A DNA stretch of 64,000 bases from an uncultured Candidatus Saccharibacteria bacterium (GTDB lineage: Bacteria > Patescibacteriota > Saccharimonadia > Saccharimonadales > AWTP1-31). The DNA is taken from the NCBI GenBank assembly GCA_964409615.1, contig CAYPDT010000001.1, positions 142,629 through 206,628 of the forward strand, written 5' to 3'. The notes below the pieces were generated by a model, which was given only the letters and a program-made list of their open reading frames with translations, was not told where the DNA came from and did no database searches. Shown piece by piece: positions 53,195-61,747 of the stretch. The first letter of the stretch is position 1; each line of letters opens with the position of its first letter. The position numbers and the translations under genes were made by a program.

Positions 53195-53244
53195 CCTTAC
53201 ATATGATTATTTTCAGCGTACAAATTTAGTTGAGAATTCAATTA

Positions 53245-53273
53245 AACAAAAAAGCACCAGATTTCTCTGATGC
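53245..53273 (-). terminator. Intrinsic terminator of ssrA (possibly bidirectional, also serving the + gene ending at 53194)
   Basis: Minus-strand hairpin GCAUCAGA-GAAA-UCUGGUGC (53273->53254), followed by UUUUUUGUUU. On the plus strand the same hairpin is followed by GUUUUU. Confidence 0.7.
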
Positions 53274-53278
53274 GTTTT

Positions 53279-53678
53279 TGGTGGAGCTGGCGGGTACTGC
53301 CCCCGCGTCCGTCAGTTTAAGTAACTAGCCGTCTACAGACATAGGTCGTTTATGATGTCTCGATTGCTCGGCCGGTAAACGACCAAAAAGTCGGGCAATC
53401 CAGTCCAATAGTCTTAGCAACGCGTATGGACGGTACGAGCTGAGCAACCAGAAATATATGGCGCGTTGGTAACCTATCTGGTGTCGGTCGAAACGCGGCT
53501 AAAGTAATTAAACTAAAGCTGGTGCTAGGCTAAAGTTGCTGCGTTGTAGCATAGCTGCAACTGCTTCTTTAGCTTCGCGAATTGAATCTTTTGCATCTAT
53601 TCAGATGTGCCTATAACGCTGACAAGCGGTCTGCAAACTAGTTGTTAAAGTCCAACGTCGAGCTTAAAATTCAGCCCC
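53279..53678 (-). ncRNA. ssrA: tmRNA (SsrA), about 400 nt
   Basis: 5' GGGGCUGAAUUUUAAGCUCGACG... and 3' ...GGACGCGGG-GGCAGUA-CCCGCCAGCUCCACCA. The acceptor stem GGGGCUG/CAGCUCC includes the G3:U pair. A candidate tag ORF follows AAUAGAU-GCA. Confidence 0.9.
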
Positions 53679-53758
53679 AATGCCAAGTATTCTACCATAT
53701 ACACAAGCATTTTTCAAACATAAGCACTATTGTTGATTTATAGTTTTTATGGTACAAT

Positions 53759-56044
53759 ATGCGCATGAAAAAACACCTTGCCGCCGTTGGTTTAGCAGCC
53801 GGAGCGTTCTTTGTATTGCCCCATGAAGCATCCGCAGAAATGTTACAGTCACCAGATGCCGCCCTGTGTGCACCCGTAGTTAATCAGCTCGGAGGAAGCA
53901 GCGAAGCATTAGTCAGCGAGATTTCGCAGTATCAACTTGATGGCATTGATGTACATGTGCAGTTACTTAAAAATAGCCGCGAGGTTGGCGTCAGCGACGA
54001 AGAAGAAATGAGCAGCTTTATTGAGCAGCTTGCTGTAGACTGTGGCTGGGGAAAAGGCCAGTATCTTAATATATTCGTTGGTCTGGACAAAGCCGATGAT
54101 CGAATCTTTTACGATGCATACGAGGCCGAAGGATTTGTAGATAATCTTTTCCCTCAGAGTCGAGTAGACGAAGCTGTTGCGCCACTTATTCCTGTCCTGA
54201 AAGATGTTAAAGCCGGGAGGCGTGATGCGTCGGATATAGTTGGAGCTTCGGCTCAATTATTACGCGACCTTGACCCTTCTTCTCTACTCAACCCAAATAG
54301 TAATGGAGGCACTAGCGGCCAAGGTGCATATGATCCAGAATCATTAAGCCCAAGTGATGAAGCTGCGAATGATGGCCCAAGTATTCCGTTCTTATTTATT
54401 GGTGAAGTTGCTGGTGGTGTACTTATAGCCGGAGCACTTGGTGCGCGAGGTTGGCGTCACCGAACAGTTAGTAGCTTGTATCGTACCGCCTCTCAGTCAT
54501 TGACTGATGCCCAAACTGCACTTGCCGACATTGAAGGCAAGTCTGCCGAACAACTAGCCATCCTGCCCGAAGATGATGCCGACGATTTAGATAATTCTCA
54601 TCGGCAGGTCGAAGCTGACTTGGCTGGTTTGGGTGAAATATCCACTAAAGCATTGATAACATTCCGTAACGAACGGCGCCGACTATGGCCAAGTACTGAC
54701 GTTGTAACCGGCCTGGCACATGAGCTAGGTGACTACGCACTTGAGTTCACCAATAACGCAAAAGAGGCTGCTTCTCTGCTAGCTGAAGTAGAGAAGCATC
54801 GGAAAACAAACGACGTCAATGCGCCTCGACTAGTAAAAATGATAGCTGACATAAAGCTTGATATCGAAGACCTAAAACGTGATGGCTGGAACGTTGTAGG
54901 TTTCGAGGAGCAACTTGGCTCAATCACAGAAACCCGCGACGAAATACACCGTTTAATTGGGCTGCATTATATCGAGAAACCAGGCGACCTGCTGGATGAC
55001 GCAGTTCCTGCTGCTGTAAAACTAACCGCCGATGTTATGGCCCTCCCAGCACGTCGTGTGCAAGCGGACCAGTTAATTCCGACTCAACGCAAAGCCATTG
55101 CAGATAAACGACCGCTCATCGATGGTAGCCAAACAGTATTTACTGGACTGACAGAAACCTACGATATGAGCTGTTATCAAGACCTTGCGGAAGTACCGGC
55201 CCAGATGGAGTCAATCTTCACACAATTAACTGATATTCAGCAGTCGGTCGAGGCACAACGTGGCACTAAATCACTTGAGTCAGTCATAAAAACTGAAGCA
55301 TTAGAAGCACAAGCACAAGACCTACTCTCGCAAGTAGATACCCTCGCAGGGAGTATCCATACCCGTGAAGCAAAACTGCTTTCTATCATTGCTGACCTCG
55401 ATGACAATGTGCGCCATATAGAAACAACCGCTCAGTCTGTGACAGACTTTGCTAATCGCGAAGATCGAGATGTTGAAGATGCCACGAGACAACTTATTGC
55501 CGATTTAAATGCTGATATAGCAGAGTTTACAAGCTCACAGATTCACATTGCAAAGCCAAAATATCTAGCTCTCGACAAACGGATGGAAGAACTAAACAAC
55601 TCAATTGAAAGTGTAACTACGCGCGCAAAGCAAGAAAAGAATGAAATGGTTGAACTTCGAAACGCCATTGAAGCCAAAAAACAAGAAGCCGAACGAGAAT
55701 TACAAAGTCTTCGGAGCTACGTAAATAGCAACCGAGGCGATGTTACTGTTAGTGCTACATTCTCTATCCCATCGGCAGACACATCAGATAGTCGCCAAGG
55801 ATTGCGCGCTCAGGTCTCGGACTTTGACAGCGTAATTTCTGACATTGAGAGTGCCCATCGTCGTGCTAAACAGCAGGTAGCGGCCGCCGAAGAAGCAGCG
55901 CGTCGCCGCCGACAACAAGAAGAAGATGATCGACGCCGAGCTGCAGCAGCAGCTTCATCATTTAGCTCATCTAGTGGCTTCAGTAGTTTTGGTGGATTTG
56001 ATAGCGGTGGTGGCGGTGGTACGCACACCGGTGGCAGCGTTTAA
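53759..56044 (+). CDS. TPM-domain protein with a very long coiled-coil and a Gly/Ser-rich tail (761 aa)
   Basis: Signal/TM (LAAVGLAAGAFFVL). TPM-like region (IDVHVQLLKN...FIEQLAVDCGWGKGQYLNIFVGLDKADDRIFYD). A second TM, about 450 aa of heptad-rich sequence, and a C-terminal SSSGFSSFGGFDSGGGGG. Confidence 0.55.
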   Translation: MRMKKHLAAVGLAAGAFFVLPHEASAEMLQSPDAALCAPVVNQLGGSSEALVSEISQYQLDGIDVHVQLLKNSREVGVSDEEEMSSFIEQLAVDCGWGKGQYLNIFVGLDKADDRIFYDAYEAEGFVDNLFPQSRVDEAVAPLIPVLKDVKAGRRDASDIVGASAQLLRDLDPSSLLNPNSNGGTSGQGAYDPESLSPSDEAANDGPSIPFLFIGEVAGGVLIAGALGARGWRHRTVSSLYRTASQSLTDAQTALADIEGKSAEQLAILPEDDADDLDNSHRQVEADLAGLGEISTKALITFRNERRRLWPSTDVVTGLAHELGDYALEFTNNAKEAASLLAEVEKHRKTNDVNAPRLVKMIADIKLDIEDLKRDGWNVVGFEEQLGSITETRDEIHRLIGLHYIEKPGDLLDDAVPAAVKLTADVMALPARRVQADQLIPTQRKAIADKRPLIDGSQTVFTGLTETYDMSCYQDLAEVPAQMESIFTQLTDIQQSVEAQRGTKSLESVIKTEALEAQAQDLLSQVDTLAGSIHTREAKLLSIIADLDDNVRHIETTAQSVTDFANREDRDVEDATRQLIADLNADIAEFTSSQIHIAKPKYLALDKRMEELNNSIESVTTRAKQEKNEMVELRNAIEAKKQEAERELQSLRSYVNSNRGDVTVSATFSIPSADTSDSRQGLRAQVSDFDSVISDIESAHRRAKQQVAAAEEAARRRRQQEEDDRRRAAAAASSFSSSSGFSSFGGFDSGGGGGTHTGGSV

Positions 56045-56063
56045 AGGAACACTCCGTCTTTGC

Positions 56064-57818
56064 TTAATGAGCTGCGGCGACAGGTTTTTGGTTGTGCCGT
56101 TCCTCTAAGTCATGGGTGTGCGGTAAAGCGAATGAAATCAAGAAGCCAATACCGATAAAACCAGCCATGTATAGTACAGCCGTTCGGGCGCCATCTGCTG
56201 ATGCTTGATGGGCAATGGTAGTCAATTCTTGTTGAACCGCTGATGACAGCTGACCAGTATTTTTAGTCTGCGTACCACCACTGAGCTCAACATCTGACGC
56301 AGAAGCGGCAACCTTAGCAGCAAGCACGGGCTTAATTTGGGCAGGAATTACTGTGCTGTTGGTGACACCAGATGCCAAGCTGCTTGATAGAGTCGTTAAG
56401 AGGACCGCCCCGATAACTGCTGATCCCAAGCTCGAACCAACTTGCCGAAGCGTATTATTAACTCCAGAGGCTTCGCCAGATTGGTGAACTGGCACGGCAG
56501 ATAATGTTACGTTACTCGCTTGAGCCATGACTAATCCCATACCAATTCCGAAGAGTATTAAGCCAGGGATAAAACTTGCAGCTGTTGAGCTGGCCGTGAT
56601 AGAAAAGTGCAAGACCAGACTAGCCAAGACCGACACAATAAGACCCACTTGAATTAAACGTTTAGGTACAATCTTTTTAGTCAGAGCTGCCGATGCTGGG
56701 GCCACAATCAACATAGTCAGTGACATTGGTAACAGAGCCAGGCCAGTATGGAAGGCATCGAGATTACGAACTGATTGCAAGAAGACTGGAATGGCAAAGA
56801 TAAGCCCAACCATTCCTAAAGATAGGAAGGCTACAACTGCAGCACCAGAAGTGAATTGCTTGTTTTGGAAAAGGTGCATCGAAACCAGTGGCGTATGACC
56901 ATGGTTCTCGGCATTAATTTGCCACCAACCAAAGATAGCTAACAGAATCGAACCTAGCAAGATACCCACTGGTGTTGGAGATAGGCCGAACGGAAGCGCA
57001 TGCCCGAAAAGTGCATAGGGTTTTATGGCCTGCCACCAACCATAGGTTGACGATTCGATAATGCCATATACAAAAGCCAGCAAGCCAGTTGCCGATAGGA
57101 AAACACCCAAGAAATCGAGCTCGGCTTTTTCCACACGGTCACGGCCTTCGGCAATCACCGTAGCTCCAACCAACAAGATAATGGCTACGAGTATGTTAAT
57201 ACGGAAGGCCCAGCGCCAGCTGTAGCTACTGGTTAGCCAGCCGCCCAATATTGGCCCAATGGCCGACGACGCAGCAGCAATGCCACCCCACACACCAAAG
57301 GCGATTCCTCGGTCACGGCCTTTATAGTTAGATACCACCAATGACGTAGTGGCCGGCATCATCAGCGCCGCACCAACACCTTCGATGATTGATTCGCCAG
57401 CAATCATCATGCCGAGGCTATGGCTGATAGAAGTTATGAATGAGCCGATTGCAAAAATAATTGCTCCTAGCATAAACATTCGCTTACGACCAAACAAGTC
57501 ACCCAACCGACCACCTGTTACGGTGAGCGCCGCAAGCGTCAGTGAGTAGCCGGTAATCACCCATTGCATGCCCTGCAGATTAGTATCGAGATCGTTAACA
57601 ATGGTGCGTAAAGAAACATTAAGTACAGTAGTATCAATAATGATAATCATGACCGCCAGACTGAGTACAATCAGCGGTAACCATTTGCGTAGTCCTTTTC
57701 GCTCGGCGACTTCTGGTGCAATCTCGTCTTTGGGTACGGCAGTTTTAGAAGTAGGTTTTTTAATCACAGAACCGGTATCTTTGCGGTTAGCTACTGCTTT
57801 TATTTTGTCTTTTACCAT
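56064..57818 (-). CDS. MFS transporter, 14-TMS DHA2 (EmrB/QacA-like) type
   Basis: Motif GRLGDLFGRKRMF (MFS motif A), about 14 hydrophobic segments, 584 aa. Confidence 0.85.
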   Translation of the reverse strand: MVKDKIKAVANRKDTGSVIKKPTSKTAVPKDEIAPEVAERKGLRKWLPLIVLSLAVMIIIIDTTVLNVSLRTIVNDLDTNLQGMQWVITGYSLTLAALTVTGGRLGDLFGRKRMFMLGAIIFAIGSFITSISHSLGMMIAGESIIEGVGAALMMPATTSLVVSNYKGRDRGIAFGVWGGIAAASSAIGPILGGWLTSSYSWRWAFRINILVAIILLVGATVIAEGRDRVEKAELDFLGVFLSATGLLAFVYGIIESSTYGWWQAIKPYALFGHALPFGLSPTPVGILLGSILLAIFGWWQINAENHGHTPLVSMHLFQNKQFTSGAAVVAFLSLGMVGLIFAIPVFLQSVRNLDAFHTGLALLPMSLTMLIVAPASAALTKKIVPKRLIQVGLIVSVLASLVLHFSITASSTAASFIPGLILFGIGMGLVMAQASNVTLSAVPVHQSGEASGVNNTLRQVGSSLGSAVIGAVLLTTLSSSLASGVTNSTVIPAQIKPVLAAKVAASASDVELSGGTQTKNTGQLSSAVQQELTTIAHQASADGARTAVLYMAGFIGIGFLISFALPHTHDLEERHNQKPVAAAH

Positions 57819-57819
57819 T

Positions 57820-59151
57820 CTAGTGTACCACCCCTTCTATTTGTTCTGGATTATGAGACAGCCGGCCAGGCTTAAACATAAATCTGAATACAACTGCTGA
57901 TAGTAATACGGTAATACCGCCAACTAACACCGGTGCGCTGACACTCAGGCTGGCTGCGATATATCCACTAAGAGCTGCCGGTAGGGCATCGCCAAAGGCT
58001 TGAACGCTACTATTAATGCCGAGCACCTCACCTTGAATTTCTTTGGTTGCCGAAGCGCTAACCAGGGCAATACTGTTGGCGAATACCTGGCCAATAGCTA
58101 CTGCCATCAGCGGAGTGACCATCAAAAGCCCAGCAGTTGTGCGTGGTACCAAGAAAAGCATTATGGAAATACCACCAAATATCAGACCGCCTTGCAGCGC
58201 CTGCCAGTTCTTAAAACGCTTGCTTATAAAGGGCGTAATCACACCTTGCCCAAGCGCCATACAGACACCAAAGAAGGCAAAGTAGTCACCCACATTGCTT
58301 TGGGTAAAACCGAGTTTATTAACTAAGAGTACCTGGAAGAATCCACGGAAGAATCCGAACCCACTGAAGAACAACAGCATTGGAATCAGAATATGTCGCA
58401 GTGTTGGATGTGTCACTGCCTTGGCTAGGTTGTGGAATGAACGGTTCCAATCAATCTTAAGGTGCCTTGCAATGTTAGCTTGAGTATTTGGGAGTCGCGT
58501 AATAATTAATATCACGTTAATTACGCTCAACGCCGTGGCAATCCAAAATGGAGTGGTCAAACTAAACCAACTTGGTGTTGTACCTAACTGCAGACTTCCG
58601 ATATGGATAAATGGAATACCTGGAGTTGCTAGTTTTCCACTGATATATGGTGCCAGCGCAAAGCCTAAGCCGAACATCATACCAACTAAACCAAAGTTCT
58701 TGGTACGGTTTTCGGGTGTACTCACATCGGCGACTACCGCTTGAGCAACGGGGAGGTTACCGCCAGTTAGACCATCTAGAATGCGGCCTAGGAACATAAT
58801 GGTTAGGTTCTTTTCCCAGATGCCATAGGCAAATATTGCATAGCCTATAGCTGTACCAGCAACTGAAAGTGCCAAGACTTTCTTGCGCCCGAATTTGTCG
58901 GATAACTGACCAAGTATTGGTGCAGCCAAAAACTGCGCAATGGCAAAGCTAGCCGTTAACCACCCAAGCATTATGAAAGCACTTTTATCGCTCCACCATG
59001 GGCCGACAACGCTGGCTGGGTTGTGTGGGTTCACTAATACTGGCAGGAGTGGAATCAAGATTCCCAATCCCATAACATCAAGGAATACAGTCAGCAATAC
59101 CGCTGGTAAGGCACGCTTTGAAAGTTCATTTTTATCTATTTTTTTTGCCAC
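57820..59151 (-). CDS. MFS transporter, 12-TMS DHA1 (tetracycline-efflux-like) type
   Basis: GQLSDKFGRKKVL (motif A) and GRILDGLTGGN (motif C-like). 443 aa. 1-nt gap to the downstream MFS gene. Confidence 0.85.
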   Translation of the reverse strand: MAKKIDKNELSKRALPAVLLTVFLDVMGLGILIPLLPVLVNPHNPASVVGPWWSDKSAFIMLGWLTASFAIAQFLAAPILGQLSDKFGRKKVLALSVAGTAIGYAIFAYGIWEKNLTIMFLGRILDGLTGGNLPVAQAVVADVSTPENRTKNFGLVGMMFGLGFALAPYISGKLATPGIPFIHIGSLQLGTTPSWFSLTTPFWIATALSVINVILIITRLPNTQANIARHLKIDWNRSFHNLAKAVTHPTLRHILIPMLLFFSGFGFFRGFFQVLLVNKLGFTQSNVGDYFAFFGVCMALGQGVITPFISKRFKNWQALQGGLIFGGISIMLFLVPRTTAGLLMVTPLMAVAIGQVFANSIALVSASATKEIQGEVLGINSSVQAFGDALPAALSGYIAASLSVSAPVLVGGITVLLSAVVFRFMFKPGRLSHNPEQIEGVVH

Positions 59152-59174
59152 GCAGTTGCCTTTCGGGATAAAGA

Positions 59175-59645
59175 TTAATTATTGTCGAATAAATGCCGGC
59201 AAGTACCGGGTTTGTCATCGTTACAGACTTCTTGATGCATAGTTTGTAGCGATTGTTCGAGAGCGGCTCGTTCTTTTTCGCTCAGTCGATCGAATACCGG
59301 TGCGTGGTACAAATTTAAAATATCCACTGCTTCGTCGGTATAACGTTCACCTTTTGGCGTAAGAGTTGTTACTCGCTCGCGCTTATTTTCAGGTCGTCGC
59401 ACAGCTTGTAGCAAGCCTTGTTCGGTCAACAATTTTATTTGCCGACTAATACTTGCTTCGGTCTGTCCCAATTTATCAGCAATTTCTTTTTGCTGAATAT
59501 GCGGTTTGTGTGATAAAACCATCATGATTTTAAACTGGCTGAAACCAATGCCTAACCGTTCTTGCAATACCTGGTCAGACTGTCGAGCCATCACGAATGC
59601 AATATGATTAAGCAGGTAACCTAGACTGTTAATTGCGCGCATCAT
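59175..59645 (-). CDS. MarR-family transcriptional regulator
   Basis: Winged-helix core QQKEIADKLGQTEASISRQIKLLTEQGLL..RRPENKRERVTTLTPKG. Confidence 0.85.
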   Translation of the reverse strand: MMRAINSLGYLLNHIAFVMARQSDQVLQERLGIGFSQFKIMMVLSHKPHIQQKEIADKLGQTEASISRQIKLLTEQGLLQAVRRPENKRERVTTLTPKGERYTDEAVDILNLYHAPVFDRLSEKERAALEQSLQTMHQEVCNDDKPGTCRHLFDNN

Positions 59646-59649
59646 ATCT

Positions 59650-59679
59650 AGATTACGCTTGCATACTTAACATGTCAAG
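59650..59679 (-). promoter_or_regulatory. marR promoter TTGACA-17-TAATCT with overlapping dyad CTTAACATGTCAAG (candidate MarR operator)
   Basis: Minus strand: TTGACA at 59678->59673, TAATCT at 59655->59650, only 4 nt before the ATG. The dyad at 59666-59679 has 6 of 7 matching pairs. Confidence 0.45.
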
Positions 59680-59688
59680 CTTTGACTA

Positions 59689-59717
59689 TTGCCTGGTGTT
59701 ATGTCGTAAAGTATAAT
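59689..59717 (+). promoter_or_regulatory. Promoter TTGCCT-17-TATAAT, 6 nt before ATG 59724 (leaderless configuration)
   Basis: TTGCCT at 59689-59694 and TATAAT at 59712-59717, read directly. Confidence 0.45.
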
Positions 59718-59723
59718 CTGGTA

Positions 59724-60422
59724 ATGCACCAAATTCTCCCAGCAGAAATAATGGGCACCCCATTTGAAGTCTTACGCCCAGATGCAGCTGAGCATTTAGG
59801 CCGACTACTTACCCCTATTGCGCTCGAGAATTTTGGACATATAACCTGGCTTGCAAGTTTCTTAGAAAGTGGCGCACCTCAAACCAGAGGCAATCTCGGT
59901 AATACTGCGCTACAACACCTGGAGCAAGTTACCAACTGCCTGAGGTACAGCCTATTGAGTTCAGGATTAGCATTTGAGCATGTGCAACAGCAACTAGTCT
60001 CTGGCCTCAACCAACGACATATTGCGTGGCACGTTGACTCCTCTGGTGATGTGCGATTCCTACTCAATATTGGAGAAGAGCCAACCTATGTCGACGTGGC
60101 TACTGATTGGGACCCTGCAATGTATCTTTCGGGCGAACTAACCTATAACCCACCCGTAGCATTTGAACGGTTAGAACTACTTCCTGGTCAAGGATATGTT
60201 GCCAATAATATAGTAAATACCGACGAGCCAATGCGGCCACATGAGACACCATACGACGAAAACAGACTCGTTTTGCGCACATCCTTATATTGCACAAGTG
60301 CAAGAAGTGAAGAAGCTTATACGCGTGCCGCCGAGGAAGGCATATTACTCCGGAGCCCGGAATACTGCAGGCCCCAGCAGCCCCTGGTAGTCAGTGCACC
60401 TATGGCTTCGGCAGGAAGTTAG
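59724..60422 (+). CDS. Hypothetical protein (232 aa)
   Basis: Start set to ATG 59724, directly behind the TATAAT box. No motif recognised. The 3' end overlaps the convergent DUF1996 gene by 23 nt. Confidence 0.5.
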   Translation: MHQILPAEIMGTPFEVLRPDAAEHLGRLLTPIALENFGHITWLASFLESGAPQTRGNLGNTALQHLEQVTNCLRYSLLSSGLAFEHVQQQLVSGLNQRHIAWHVDSSGDVRFLLNIGEEPTYVDVATDWDPAMYLSGELTYNPPVAFERLELLPGQGYVANNIVNTDEPMRPHETPYDENRLVLRTSLYCTSARSEEAYTRAAEEGILLRSPEYCRPQQPLVVSAPMASAGS

Positions 60423-61686
60423 TAGGACCTTCGTAGTCGGTGGGATAGAAGGTCATAAGACTGCGATTGCCATCACCTAGCTGACCGTTACCACAGTTAT
60501 TCATAGTCTGTATACACTTGGCTATCCATTCGTCCATAATGGCGTCGTTCCAGCCACCAAACCAGTCTGCGTGCAATGTAGAGCCATTCTTCTTGGGCTC
60601 CATGCCGGGCATTCTATCAGAAGATAGATACCAGTTAGCGTAGCTCCCCGTCGGACTTTTTGGCCAAAAAATATGGTAGCTAACTTGTGGCATAGTTTTC
60701 CAACCGGCAGGACATTGTCCGTTGTTGTCGAGCTGAACATCTGTTCGCTCCAGGCCAGTGCCATTCCAACATTGCTGGAAGTAAACCAGCGAATTGAGGT
60801 CGTAGCCATTGGGGCAACTAGCCGGTATTGTTGTTCCGGAAGTCTGCCCATAGGCATCGGCTGGGTATAGCCAGCTTGCTGAGCCATCGTAGCAGTTCCA
60901 TTCAATCTGATTATGATATCCCGTTTGGGTTGTGTTGCCACTGGAATTACCAGAAATCATCTTCAAGCCCTGGGGCATACGAGTCGTCTTTGCGGCATCA
61001 CCAGCTCGTCCGCCCGATTTGTAATACATCACGATTGCTTTTGGTATAACCACGTTACCCGTTCCATCAAGGAGTGCGGGCATCCAGTAGGCAGTGCGGT
61101 TTAGCTCGAAGCCTTCACAGGTTCCGCCACCTTTGGTTGTGAGCGTTTGCTTGGTTGAATAAGCATCGGCCATGGTGTTACCCCAGTACATATGCAGGTG
61201 CGCTTTTCCGGGTTGGCCAGGATAAACAATCGGATCGTCATAATTAAAATGTGAATATTTGCAGTACATTCTAAACTGTCCCTGCAAGCCATTGCCACCG
61301 GTGGACGAATAGCTGCCGAGTTTTATATTTTTACCGACAATCTGGTTTTGCGCGGAATCGTTAGCCCGCTCGTTCATCTTGTATTTATTAATCTCGAGAT
61401 TGTTCGGTAGCATTATGCTGCTAGGTGTCGTAGGAATGCTGCCATTGAATCGAATGGCCATACGATTAGAAGCGCTATTGTCGTTCATCATAGTAGCGCT
61501 TCCGCCAAGAACACCCTGCTCAGACTCTATGCTGCTAACGGGTGTGGCAGCCTTGGTAAAAATCAACAGCATTATACCCAGTGCTACGAATGCCAACGTA
61601 TTTGTTGAGATTACCAAAAAGTTGCGGTGCCGACTTGACCACTTCTTCAGAGGTTTTAATTTACTTTTAATAGATACTTTGCTCAT
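60400..61686 (-). CDS. Secreted/anchored DUF1996-family protein, paralog 2
   Basis: YDDPIVYPGQPGKAHLHMYWGN, with Cys and Trp positions shared with 48954-50198. Same N-terminal anchor plus the ATPVSSIESEQG module. Confidence 0.6.
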   Translation of the reverse strand: MSKVSIKSKLKPLKKWSSRHRNFLVISTNTLAFVALGIMLLIFTKAATPVSSIESEQGVLGGSATMMNDNSASNRMAIRFNGSIPTTPSSIMLPNNLEINKYKMNERANDSAQNQIVGKNIKLGSYSSTGGNGLQGQFRMYCKYSHFNYDDPIVYPGQPGKAHLHMYWGNTMADAYSTKQTLTTKGGGTCEGFELNRTAYWMPALLDGTGNVVIPKAIVMYYKSGGRAGDAAKTTRMPQGLKMISGNSSGNTTQTGYHNQIEWNCYDGSASWLYPADAYGQTSGTTIPASCPNGYDLNSLVYFQQCWNGTGLERTDVQLDNNGQCPAGWKTMPQVSYHIFWPKSPTGSYANWYLSSDRMPGMEPKKNGSTLHADWFGGWNDAIMDEWIAKCIQTMNNCGNGQLGDGNRSLMTFYPTDYEGPTNFLPKP

Positions 61687-61747
61687 GCGTTACTAAAAGT
61701 ATAACCGCTATCAGCAGTTTTAACTACCCCGCTGTCCCTTCAGTAGA

